Under the pieces are notes generated by a model that had not been told where the DNA came from, did no database searches, and was given only the letters and a program-made list of their open reading frames with translations. The position numbers and the translations under genes are program-made. Positions 38,213 to 50,456 of a DNA stretch of 64,000 bases are shown piece after piece. The number at the start of each line of letters is the position of its first letter. Within the stretch, counting starts at the first letter, position 1. The DNA is from Magallana gigas (Eukaryota): assembly GCF_963853765.1 (NCBI RefSeq), contig NC_088854.1, positions 15,066,001 to 15,130,000 on the forward strand. Direction: 5' to 3'.

Positions 38213-41200
38213 ATGGTAAGAAAAGATGAACGACTTCGTTTTGAAGATATTCCACTTCACGATATATATAAATTTAATGCATTTTACTTGTATGTCTATA
38301 AAAATGAATCGTTTTGACGTGACGCAATCCTAAACAAATGTACCCGAGTGCAAAAATATGCAATGGATACATGTTGTGTCAATGAAATTCTTACTTCAAA
38401 GACAATTCTATCATATTATAGAAAATAAATCAGCTGGCTTAAAATATCTTGACGGAAATCTGATTCCGATATTTTCCCCTTTTGACAGATTTTTCTAGAA
38501 AAGTACTTGTTTGTCTTGAAGATGAATGTAATTGATTTTTTTTTCATCTAAGTTGATGAAAACTTCTTGTCTTGTGACATATAATGACATTGTATTGATC
38601 TTTTTCTAGAAACCTTTGCTAGAACTAATCATAGGTGGTGCTCAGATTGTGGGTCGTGCCTTTACAAGGGCAGTGAGGGAGGAATTCCGCACCAGTCAAC
38701 AAGCAGCTGAGAGAGCAGGTGGGGGGAGGCAGGGTGCTAGACGAGTTGCCAATGATTCAATAACTGGAATGACACTGCAGGTACATTTTATGTTGAAAAG
38801 TTACAAAAATCCAAATCAAATTGTGTAATTGTTCAATGTTGTGTAAATCTATAAATGCCAACATGTGAAGGACATCTGAATTTTGAATTAATAATTTTAT
38901 CTTGACTTACTTGAAGCATATTCATTGATGCAAGTTACTTGTAGAAACATTTGGTGGAATACAATTTGAAGTTTTTAAATTGCTAAGTTACAATGTTTTT
39001 CTTATATTTTAGACATTTTTTACAAAACAGTTGATTTTGACAAACACAATCTTCAATTATAAAGCCAGCTAGACAGATATGGAAGCAGTTTCATTTTTGT
39101 GTTTTCCATTTTCTTTAGGAAGCCAAGCAGATTTTAAATGTGACAGAGCCACATGATATAGAAACCATTGAGAAAAACTACAAACATTTATTTGAAGTCA
39201 ATGACAAAGCCAAAGGTGGTTCATTATATTTACAATCCAAGGTAATTAAGTGTACATTGTACAAGTCTTATAAAAGAATTTAGTAAGTTTATCAAGTCTC
39301 ATATTTTACTTTTTATATTACCGTATTTTCCCGACGACTCGTCGATGTGGACGACTCGTCGAATTGCTCATTTTTAGCCAAAATTTTAACAAAATCCTAC
39401 GATACGTCGATTCAGACGACACGTCGAACTTATCGCTTCAAAATGGTGTATAAAACTGCAGTAACATTATCAGTGTATGATGCCACGATGTCCCCGATAT
39501 TGCTACCAATTATTATTAATGATTAACATTTAAACAATTACTCTTTATACTTATGAATCATATTTTCAAATACCGACAACATCTACAAAGTCGCTTGCAT
39601 TGTAAACAATTCCCGATATCGCGTGTTATGCAAAATTAAACTTACTTTGACAGAAATATTTTATTCCCATGCATTAAAATAATCACCCACTCTGACCATC
39701 GCCAATGTATTCGCCATTACGTAACCAGCCACCTGTTGACTCGGCGCGTGGTCAATGTTTGTTTAACAATTTCCGGTGTCAGAGGCATGCACCTGTCTCG
39801 TGTCGGACTTCAAAGGGGGATCTCAAGTGCAGAAAGCTTAGCAATTACTATGATTTGATGAAACTTGTTTACTTTGTATCCAGTAATACAGTTATATGCT
39901 ATTATTTTAAAGAGACACTGTTAGAATAGATCGATCCTTTGTACAACTTGATAATGACGATATACGACATACATACGTTTCCTAAATTTTTTATTTAACA
40001 ATAATCAAAGAATTGGACAATAATTAATTAATGAACTATAATCACTCTTATAACGGTACTCTTTATGTACACAGTGAGTGAAATTGCCGTATAGATTTCA
40101 GCCTTAGCAAGATTATTAACACAACCGGGATCAGTAAAGACTACCGTATAAACAATAGAGTTGATAATTGCCGATTACGTTTTTTAAGATTGATTTTGAC
40201 CATGAAATATTTCTTATTTATACTTTCCACTAACAACTCTTTACTACTAAAATAATAAAACTTCAAAACATTCCCCGGACCTACTGCAATATGTTTTTCC
40301 ATCCAAGTCTGGTTTCAATTTTACTGCGCAATATTATCTTCCCACTATAGTGATATATGGAATCATGTGACAATGTGTTTATAAAAACGGAACGGTAAAA
40401 CTTTTAATTGATTAAAGACACTTGCACCATTGTTCAATAACTGTTATTAATATGTATTCTAGTGTTAACAGATGAGTGAAAATGATAATAATTAAAGATG
40501 AACATTGAATTCAACAACGTAATTTTCAATAACACAGCCAGCTCAAGATGATTAAAACCAAGATTTTAAAATTTTTTTCCCCACAATTTACTGACCTCAA
40601 GCCTTAGACAAGTCGATCAGGACAATAAGTCGAGTGCTCTGCTTCATAGAAAAAAAATACCGACTTATCGTCGGGAAAATACGGTAGTTATATTTTATTT
40701 TAGTAATTGTATATTATACCGAGCGCAGCGAGAGGCGGGTAAAGCCCGCCTCGCGAAGCGAGGATTAATGGTAACACGTATATATATAAGAAAATCAGTG
40801 AAAAATGAAAGTTGAATCAGGGGTACTAAGGCCAAAAAAAATTTCTTCCAGCCCTGGGTGCCGCCATCTTGGCAGCCATTTTGTTTTTAAAAAGTTAGTT
40901 CGATCATTGATTGATCAGTACTTATCGATGTTTGTTGCCCCTAAACTCGATTAAATAAGTTCCAGTGTTTCAATAGAAGGTAATTCGAATTAAAAGAAAT
41001 TAAAAAGGAAACCAGATAATTTTCAATAGTGCTTCAATCAAGAAACACGACATGTTCTATGTATGTGTTATCAAATTATCAGATGGAAAATAAAAACATT
41101 AAGGTCAAGGAACAGATCTTTTAGATGCCGAATAAAGTATTTAATTTTATTACAGCGGCATTCATATGAATTAAATTGATAAACAATGAAAGAAGAAATA

Positions 41201-41989
41201 AAAAAATAGTTCGGAATAACGTTACTCTCTTCGGCTATTTCCGAAGACAAAACTTGTCGTTTTGCTTCGGAAATATGACGTCACAATGTAGACTGAGCAC
41301 GCGACGTTTAGTAAAACTTTGGCTAATGATTTGAGTAGGCAACCAGGCGGATGCTACTGTGTGCGTTTCAAATAAATTTTACTCTACAAAAATCAAACTG
41401 CTCTGTGTTAAATCTGCGCTCGGTCCAACGGTCACACTGTTTACATATTACATGTACTGGTGTATACGTGTATCATTTTGTATTGTTTTATGAATTTTCT
41501 GAATGCATATATCTGAATAACTTAATATTCAATAGAAACATTAATTTATATGTACTGATATACATTCACCCATTAAACTATAATTGTCCCAATTCCTGTT
41601 TCTGTCCCTGTTTCCATTAATTTTTGTCACTTTTGTTAATAAATATACACACCCATCTGTGAAAAAAATGTTGAAATTCAAGTTAAAAACAAAATTTATG
41701 AACTTTTTTTTATTCTAATGAATGCATGTAGTTCAGAAACAAAGATATTTGATTTATGAATATTGAAATACCGGTACAATTTATGAAGCAAACATTATCA
41801 TTTATGGAAATAAACAGTGGTGTTTCTTTTGATCAATTTTAAATTGTTATGAAATGCTAAATATGTAATTGTGGAAACTGTATCAGTCGATATTTGTTTC
41901 AGGTATATCGTGCAAAAGAAAGAATAGACATGGAACTACAAAAGTCAGAACAATCAGGATCAAGTGAGCCTAAAGAACCTAAAACATAA
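38213..41989 (+). CDS. PAM16: Mitochondrial import inner membrane translocase subunit TIM16 (Magmas), about 127 aa
   Basis: ATG-only first coding exon 38213-38215 (ATG|GTAAG), then 38610-38780, 39119-39241, 41903-41989. [59 protein letters not shown]. Confidence 0.93.
39321..40684. mobile_element. Non-autonomous Tc1/mariner-superfamily (Tc2/pogo-like) element in PAM16 intron 3
   Basis: TIRs CCGTATTTTCCCGACGA at both ends, TA target duplication (39319-39320, 40685-40686), subterminal GACTCGTCGA-type repeats. No transposase ORF. Confidence 0.85.
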
Positions 41990-43661
41990 CATAAACAAAT
42001 TAGTTGCTGTGTTTTCATCTAAAGTCCAGTCTGTGATTTAGTGCTCCTGTACACGAGATGTGGAAAAAAAGACTATGTGGGCATTTCATGATCAAGACTC
42101 ATTCCTACATGTAGCTTTGAATTATGGGCTGAATGTAATGAACCACTTTAAGGTCTTCATTGGTGACTGTTTAGAAAGTGTGTCATATGAGTGGATGTCT
42201 TTCATCAGTGCATGCATGATCCTCATCAGATGAGGATTTTTATTAGTGTTATTCTTGAGTACAGGACTTTGCATGTTATAATGACATTAAACAACAATGT
42301 TGATACCCTATAGAATCAGTATCTCAGGAAAATATCAGTAATTGAATAATGAATAACAAATAACATGTATATTTTTCTGATTTTAAAGGTTAGAGTCCAA
42401 AGTTTAAATGTAATGGAAATACTTTTTTGCCATCTTTTATTTTCATCTGGAGTTGGTTTTGTTGATAAGAAAAATAGAAAATATTTGTACATTTCTTTAC
42501 TAGCATTTGAAAGACCAACAAAAAATTTCGTTTCCCCCTTTCCCAGTTATATGACAGACAAAGCATATCTGCTTCATTTGCATTTTTATGAACAGAAAAA
42601 TCAACTATCTTTCTTCTGTATCCAGCAGTTATATTTTCTTGCAACTTTGAAAATAAAAATTGTTTCCCAAAGGTCCAAATTAGTAACAAGCAAATAATTT
42701 TTCTAAAGTAGCTCTAAAGCAAATAAAATTAATCAGTATTTTTTATTGAGGAATTCAAGAATGATTTAAAACACCACATACGTAAAATATATCAAACATG
42801 TTTTCTGTTTATATCTGATTTATTGTTGTCATTTACATCAACATACATTTTATACATGTACAATGTATAAGAAAAAGAACATTGTGTGTTATTATTTTCC
42901 TTCATCAGAGTAAGTATTTTTGAGGTAACACTTGGACAAAAATTGTGGAACACTTTTAATTTACAAATGATCAAATGAAAACTTCAACATCAAGGTGGAT
43001 GATTTGATTCTTTTAGCTATACCAAACAACATGTCATGCATATGGGGAAAACTTTGAAATAATGAGTATACACTGCCAAAAGCAAAATTCTTTCTGCGTT
43101 TGATTTCAACTGTAATAGTACAGCGCTTTAGGAGAAGTCATTATACATACAAAGATATGTTACAAGGTGTTTCTTTTTTTTTTGGGGGGGGGGGGGGGGG
43201 GTATGAGTAACTTCAGCTTATCAGGAGTCCAATGGTTTTTAAAGTTCAGTAATATGGACGGAGGAGTGGCAACCATTTGATATATTATATAAAATGTAAT
43301 ATGTACAACGATGGAATAATACACCTGGAAAAATTAACTCAAATTAACAGTAAATTATTTGATTATGTAAGATACCGGTAATTTTTATGATAAATAAAAA
43401 TTACATATGTTGCCCCCTTGCATGTACGTGCTGTGTGCCTGAATTTTGATAAGGTAATTCGGTATTACATGTAATAAATTTTTAAAGGTTTAAAAATAAC
43501 GAAATTGTAATTTAAACGTTTACAAACGAAAGAATTTATTATGCGATATTCAATGATATAAAATAAATTTCTTTATTTAGTCTAACTACTTTAATTATTT
43601 AAACATATTGCATTTGGTTATTGCAATGAACCATAATCCATACTTTCAAAAACTCAGCAGC

Positions 43662-46600
43662 TTATACTAGTGTTGATCCAGTTCTAGAGTTAAAAGTTAA
43701 AAAGTCGAACTGTGTACTGTAAACCGTGTCTGGCGACTGTTCGTTAGTTGCATGGACCTCAAACTCTGTTCCTCCAAATTTCATACAGACTTTAATTTTT
43801 GCATCCTTTTTCCAACCGCCTTCTGGTGGTTGGATCGTTATGCTTCCCAACATCTCGCACTTTTCGTCGGTCGTGAAGGCTGGGTTTTTCTCGGTGGTCG
43901 CAAATATGTTCAGAGCCATTGGAGCGTTTGGTTCCGTTACATCGTATGTTTTGTCTACGCTACTGTTAACACTGACACTTTGGCCAGCCTCAATAAACTT
44001 GTTGAAAATATCTTTGCACAAGACTTCTGTCTTGGTCTCTAATCTTTTTTCAGGCGGATGTATGCCTTCTTTAAAAGTGTCATAGACAGCCACGCCGTAG
44101 GTGTACTTGCAAACTCTAGACGCTATTGTCAGAGGAGCGTGGCCATATAACACAGCCCCTTTAACAACGGCTAGACCGGGTTCTGGGGGAACCACAACCC
44201 GAAGGTCAGGGAATGCCTCCTTTATGGCGTCTACTATGATATTTGATGTCGAAAACCCTCCCACCATCAGTATCGCGGATATTCTGTTCTCTGAGTCTTG
44301 GTTCTCCAGGATTTCTCTGACGTGTTGTACGATCTGTTCTTTTGTCGTCTGAAACAGCGTCTCCAATAATTCCCTAGCAAAGGCAAACTTGTTTCCCGCT
44401 TTCAATTTTATTTTATCCGCGTATTCTGAATTGGAAATGGCGTTTTCCAGCGACCACCCTTTCATTTCTCTCACGTACTCTGAGAGATATGCTGGTATGG
44501 AGATCACTACTGGCCGAATGTTCTGACCCATCCTGTCTCTGATGGTCCTCTTTTTCATCTCAAAATCTCGCTGGAACTCTAACATGTCTGTTCGCCTCTC
44601 CGTTTTGAACCTCTTGATAACGTCCTCTCCAAATATCGATATCAGCAATTCCATGTACGCTCTGTCTACATTCGTACCTCCCCACGCCCCACCGCTAGCT
44701 ACATTGAGTTCCTTCAAAGTGTTCTCGTCGATGACTTCGTGGACTGTGACGTCACCAGTTCCACCTGAAAAATGAAATATATTTTAGTAATGGTTTTCTT
44801 GCTGTGGTAATTTGCATCACGTACGTCTTTCTGGTCATGATCTCTATAAGTATGAATTCAGTAAAAGACTTTTTTAGTTTTAACTTTGCACCCCTCTTGG
44901 TATTTACTGACCCGGAGGTTACGGTTTAGGACATCGTCGGAAATTTGCAACCAGTTGTGCATGCGAGACTGTCGGTGGGTTTCCGATGGTAAATTTTGAC
45001 GAACTTAATTGGTAAAACCTTAAACTGTAACTTTAATACTCTTATACGCTGTAGTTACTAATAAATATGGTTTCAAAGACCCCCCCCCCCCCCGATGTTT
45101 ATAACGGAAATGTTGCACCGTTCCGCGGTTCTCAGAATGGAACCAGATTAAATACTGGTTTAATTTTATTTAAAATTCTGCACTTATAATCGAGATGCTT
45201 GCATATAATTGGCACAAAATGTACGTACTTTTTCTTTGTTAGAAGTCATCAAGCTAATATAGGTAAGCTTAAAACTATGAAATCCATGTATGCTTGTATA
45301 ACTGCGTATTCTTAATGCCATATCAATGACCCTCTACACAATAATGAATAATATTTATTGGAATTGCAAAAAAATTATATCAATATATTATGTTTTTTTT
45401 TATTTATTGATTTTTTCATTTAATATAGGCAAGAAAACTCCAATCTACAAAAACACTTAATTGCCGATAAATTTAAAAATCACATAGCTAAATTAGTGGG
45501 GAAAACACAGTTTCTAGTAATAGAAATCGATTACTTCATCTCTAAAGTACTTGGACCGTTGACGTCCTTTCACATTTTAACATTCTTCATTCAGAGATGA
45601 ACAATTAATATTTATTAATATACCTCATTATAATAATTTTATCTAACGCGTTATCTGATTGGTTCTAGACAATTACGTGTCAGGGTAATAAAACTTCGTA
45701 TTTCCCTGTCATCCTTATGTTTTTCATCGTATCCTGTTATTGCTTTACAATAGTTTGAAAACAATTAATAATGAAATAAAAAATGTATGGCATGAACGTT
45801 CGAGAGATTTGAAGATTTATCCCCCCCCCCCCCGGAAAAATCATATTTCCCTCGGTCGTTGCCCTTGGGAAATATGATTTTCACTAGGGGAATAAACCTA
45901 CCTTTCTCCCTCACAATCATGCAATAAATGTTTAATATTCAACGAAAGAAACATTTTTTTTTTTCATTTGAGCGAAATTAACGTACCACCGAGATCAAGA
46001 ATCATGTACCGAGTCCCGGCACAGAACGGAACCAGTTTTATATTCTGTCCATCTTCGTTCGTCTGTTTCTCTGTGGGGATGTATTTACAGAACAGCGAAG
46101 CGGCCTCGGGCTCCAGTGCTAACTGCAGATTCTTTGATGGTATTCCAGCCTGATTATTGGATCATTAGAACAATAATATAAATTTGTATTGAAATATAAC
46201 TTGTAACTTACTTTAAAATTAATTACCGCCAAATAATTTATAATATATTGCATACAAACTTGCCTCAACAGCGGCCTCTCTCATAAATTGTTTCGCGGGT
46301 TCGTTCCATATAGCTGGCACAGTGAGGACCCAGGTGATGTCCTCATGCCCTAGCCCCAGGTCACGATCTTTTATGGTTTTGAAAAAATGATCTTTAAGAT
46401 AGGCTATCGAGTGTTGGAAGACAGATCGAGCGGGGTACTTCCGTCCACCCGAATCTTCGATGGTGACGTTTCTATCCATGATCTATAGGTTTAACAATGT
46501 ACAAGTTTAGTACAAGGCATGTGAATATAGGTTCATCGATCCTATGGTATGGGTTTTCTAAAGATATATATTTATAAAAATCATCTCCAAAACAATACTA

Positions 46601-47971
46601 GTATTATACGAGTATGAGGAGGGTTTATGAAGTCAGTGACATGCAATTTGATTGCACAACCATATTCTCACAAATGGATAAAAAAGTTAAAATATAATTG
46701 TGTTCATTTTGGAAAAAAACCTTTTTTTTGGACATGGCTAACTATAAATAATGACCTTGGATCCCTTAGAATACAACTTTCATTCAAATGAAGTGTTCGG
46801 GAAGGAAATGGTATGTGTTTTAACTTTGAAGCCCGTTATTGCTGTGAACATATTCTAGTATAGCGACATTTATGACATTTTCAAGCATGTGCGGATCGGG
46901 GGTTGGGGGAAGGGTCCAGAATTTCTTCAATTAACATAGTAGAATGACTAAAAATATGCCTCGGACCACCCTGACATACTAAATTATCCCACGGACCCCC
47001 CTCCATTAGCAAGATTTCCATCTTGAACCTTACGTTACGATTAGAACTGCAAAATCAAAATTTTAAAAAGAGATTTATTACAGTGCATGTACCATTTTGT
47101 CGTGCAACATCATCTTGAAGCGGCGGAAGTAGTGGTAGTCATGGTGTTCATCATTTTCTATCAGCTCCTGGTACACATCTTCTGCCTCGTAACCGAAAGA
47201 GTTGAACGAGTCGTCTGTATTGAGAAGCAAGGTGGTCGGGGTTTTCCATGACATCAAGCCGTTCCCGCCATCTGCTACCCAAGACGTGTTCGCAAATATG
47301 CTTCTGATTCCGTCTGACTCATAGTCATGTCGGAACTGAAAAGCATACCCGGAGAACGTTGTTCCAAAGTCGATGGCCACAACCAGAAAGGAGCTTGAAC
47401 TCGGGTCTTGATCTGTAAAATGCACAAAAGATACATTACATAGGTCAGTTTTGGAAAACGAGAGCTTTTAAACAAACTAAAGGTATACTTTTCATCAAAT
47501 TGTATGCAGGATTCATATATTCTAGCATTTTTCTCTCTATCTGTTTTAAAGCATAGTTTAAACGGATATCAATTTATGTAACATTTTCCGTGTTTAAGCT
47601 TTGCCTTCAAATTCCTAAATTGTACATTTCAAGCACCGGGAAATTTAGCGTTAATTATAGTAAACATATAACACAAGCTCAGAGGGATTGTGGCCTGAGA
47701 ACAAACTTTATTTTGGTGAGTTTCAAATTCATATATATTACGCGCCTTTAAATCTTGAAAAATCGTCCCTTAAATCGTTTTAATGTGTATGAGAAAGTAA
47801 ACAATAATTGATTGGTTGTTTACAAGAGATAAGAAAATAGCCCATATCCTGTCAGTGTACATAAAATTTACAACTCTCTATATATCTTTCAAAACGAAAG
47901 TACTTGAAAAATATAGCTAATTTGTTGTTATGGATTTTGATGCAAATGCTGACCAACTTACCTCGTGACAT
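43662..47971 (-). CDS. HSPA12: Heat shock 70 kDa protein 12 (HSPA12A/B-like), about 604 aa
   Basis: Exons 47971-47962, 47412-47093, 46482-46264 (GC donor), 46149-45987, 44764-43662. VVAIDFGTTFSGYAF, KTPTTLLL, WVLTVPAIW, LALEPEAAS, LDLGGGTGDVTVHE, SGGAWGGTNVD, MVGGFS, LAVVKGAVLYG. Confidence 0.93.
45622..45935. mobile_element. Probable non-autonomous element with internal palindrome (Crypton-like appearance)
   Basis: 15-bp stem AAAATCATATTTCCC/GGGAAATATGATTTT at 45837-45881 next to a poly-C run. The family assignment and boundaries are from recollection only. Confidence 0.3.
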
Positions 47972-48306
47972 TATGTAACAGAGTTGATCTGGACACGCTC
48001 AACAAGCATAACGGCTGAGACTGACCAGTTTGTCAACACCCCATCATATGGACTTACAAATGGCGAGGAGTTCCAGGTATATTGTGTAATTTAATCAAAC
48101 CAAATTCCAGGTACCAGCTCTTATTGGGGGTTTAAATCAAACCGAAAGTACATGTCTATTTTGTAGTTAGTAATGAATTGTAGTCTTGTTAATGGTAATA
48201 GGGAGATTTTTACTGATCTGTTGAATACACTGCCATGTATATGCTTAATTAGTTTATCCATAACTATCGGATTTAATTTACAAGCACATTTGGGAAGCAC
48301 CAGAGT
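47972..48306. promoter_or_regulatory. Putative very short bidirectional promoter HSPA12 / Mieap-like gene
   Basis: 335 bp between divergent ATGs. An acceptor CAG at 48301-48303 and candidate donors CCAG|GT at 48076 and 48110 suggest a 5' UTR exon within this gap. Confidence 0.6.
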
Positions 48307-50227
48307 ATGGGCACCGGTTCTTCTATGAATGATCCACACCAGGCCACGGTGAAATATACACCTACCCCCTCACCCACGGCCGGACGGACATTGACTGACG
48401 TCCTAAGAGAATATCAGAATGGCAGGAACACTCTCAATACGGAAGACGTTCAAGCTTTGGAAAACTTTATACAGAAAAACTCGAAATATGTAAAGGTATT
48501 TATTCTTCCGTGTTCTATTGAATAATGCATTTATTCACATTCTCTATGAAAACTCGTATGTAATAAATATATTTTGGCATTTTTTCTTATATAGGGCACA
48601 GATATTCATTCGACGCTAGGTGTCGCAAAATCAAAACAGACACTGGTCAATCTTCAACAGGAACGTAAAGATATACTGAATAAGTACGTAAATATTGTCG
48701 CAAACAATGTTGTAAATAATAATTCAGTATTTATATTCATGTAAATTTACAGTATTTCCCCCCACTTAAATAAATTCAACATTTACATTAATTGCACACA
48801 TACGCTGTATTTATAAATAAGATATTTCTTGGTTTGTGTAGGATATCTGAAATAGCAGGTGCTCGTTTAAAGTCCAATAATCCTGCTATAGCCGACCTTA
48901 GCGATCAAAATCGGCCTAGTAAGTTGGCAGAAAAGTTCTCGGAGCTGTATGACAACGAATGGACAGATGCTACCGAAGAATTGAAAGAAAGAAAGAAGAA
49001 AGAAAAATCTACGGAGAAATCGGAAGAGGAAATGGAGATCACTGTCATCAAATTGTTCTATGAAATCACCAAGGTGGTACATCAGAGTTATTTTCATGTA
49101 TAATTAATATATCAAATTTAGAACCTGCCGCTGTATGTATGTGTGAATAATCCATAATTTTCAAAATTGGTAATTTTTTAAATTTTTAATGAAGAACCAA
49201 AAAAATGTTACTGTTATTAGGAGGAATAGTTTGAACATGATTTAGAAAGTGAAAATTGTATGGTTCTCTCGTTTTAAAAGGATATCTATAAACGCTGCAA
49301 AAAGACATCAGAGAAACAACTAGAGGAAGTAAAGACGGCCGTTTGTTTGGACGAGAATAGTGAAGTGGCAAGTATACAAATTCATTTCGTACAACATGCA
49401 TTCTTGCTGTATGTCATCATATTCGCTTAATTAATACACACACATATGTAATTGTAAGTATTTAACTTTGATCAGCATCAGAAAATGACAGTCGAACTTG
49501 AAAGAAAATGCAGAGAATTTATCAGAACTCACGGTGAAGTAAGGCTACGCCAAATTATAGAGGTAAATTCATCACACATTCAATGTTTTTTTTTAAAGTG
49601 CAATCGATGTATTCTTATTTGTTGATCAAAATTATATTGAAATTCCAGAAACTTCCAGATGAAGTGTTACAAGAAATCGAGAATGCTGAGGCCAATGAAT
49701 TAAAAATAAGCTGTAACATACTTAAGAGCTGTAAACGCGTTATGGATTTCATAAAATCGTGCATTCGACTTTGTTGGTACATGAATCTACAGGAACCTCC
49801 CGTATACATGGTCACAGACGTGGATCCCAACTCATTGCACATGTTTCGAGCATATACAAGGTCTGGTGACGTCATTGATTATGTAGTGTGGCCCAGTTTG
49901 TTGCTAAAAGAGGATGGGCCTCTTCTTTACAAAGGAGTTGCGCAGATGAAGAGAACTGTCACGGCAACGCAGACTAACAAACGAGAACCTGTTCCTGACC
50001 ATAATGGTGCCGATAAAGATAGCCTCAAGGAAGGTGGAGGAACTAATCAACAAGATCCGTCAACACTGTATGAAAATGTACAATTTTCAGAACAGAAGAA
50101 AAATAAAGCTTGGAACGGTATGGTTGATAAAAGTGAAAAGCAAGAAGAGAATGTGTCAAATATGTCTCCCGGACGTTTTGTAACGAAAGTTAATGTTAAT
50201 CGTGCGCCTAAAAATGAGGATGTATAG
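48307..50227 (+). CDS. Uncharacterised Mieap/SPATA18 C-terminal-domain-like protein with N-myristoylation motif, about 420 aa
   Basis: Exons 48307-48495, 48595-48683, 48842-49073, 49281-49367 (GC donor), 49476-49562, 49649-50227. MGTGSS start, NNPAIADLSDQNRPSKLAEKFSELYDNEWTDA, CIRLCWYMNLQEPP..YTRSGDVIDYVVWPSLLLKEDGPLLYKGVAQ. Boundaries of the middle exons are less certain. Confidence 0.75.
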
Positions 50228-50359
50228 GAGACCCGTTGAAAAAATAACAATAATCAGTGAAAAAATTTATTGACTTGGTTTGAGGGCGTGATGAAAACTG
50301 TTTTGACAAGAAAGCCAAAAACCCACAGATGAAAGGCATACAGTGAGTGTCGGATGGCC

Positions 50360-50456
50360 CATCTTCGCTAGCCTGCAAGGGTTTTCGGTCCATTTTGCTC
50401 CCCATAAACATTTATGGGGTGCAAAGTGGACCGAAAACCCTTGGCTAGCGAAGATG
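50360..50456. mobile_element. 97-bp hairpin MITE with 9-bp target-site duplication
   Basis: Near-perfect palindrome (stem of about 46 bp, 2-nt loop), flanked by CGGATGGCC at 50351-50359 and 50457-50465. Confidence 0.8.

Noticed and set aside
43726-44775. Several plus-strand ORFs of 77-119 aa
   Set aside because: They are antisense shadows of the long HSPA12 exon with no recognisable motifs.
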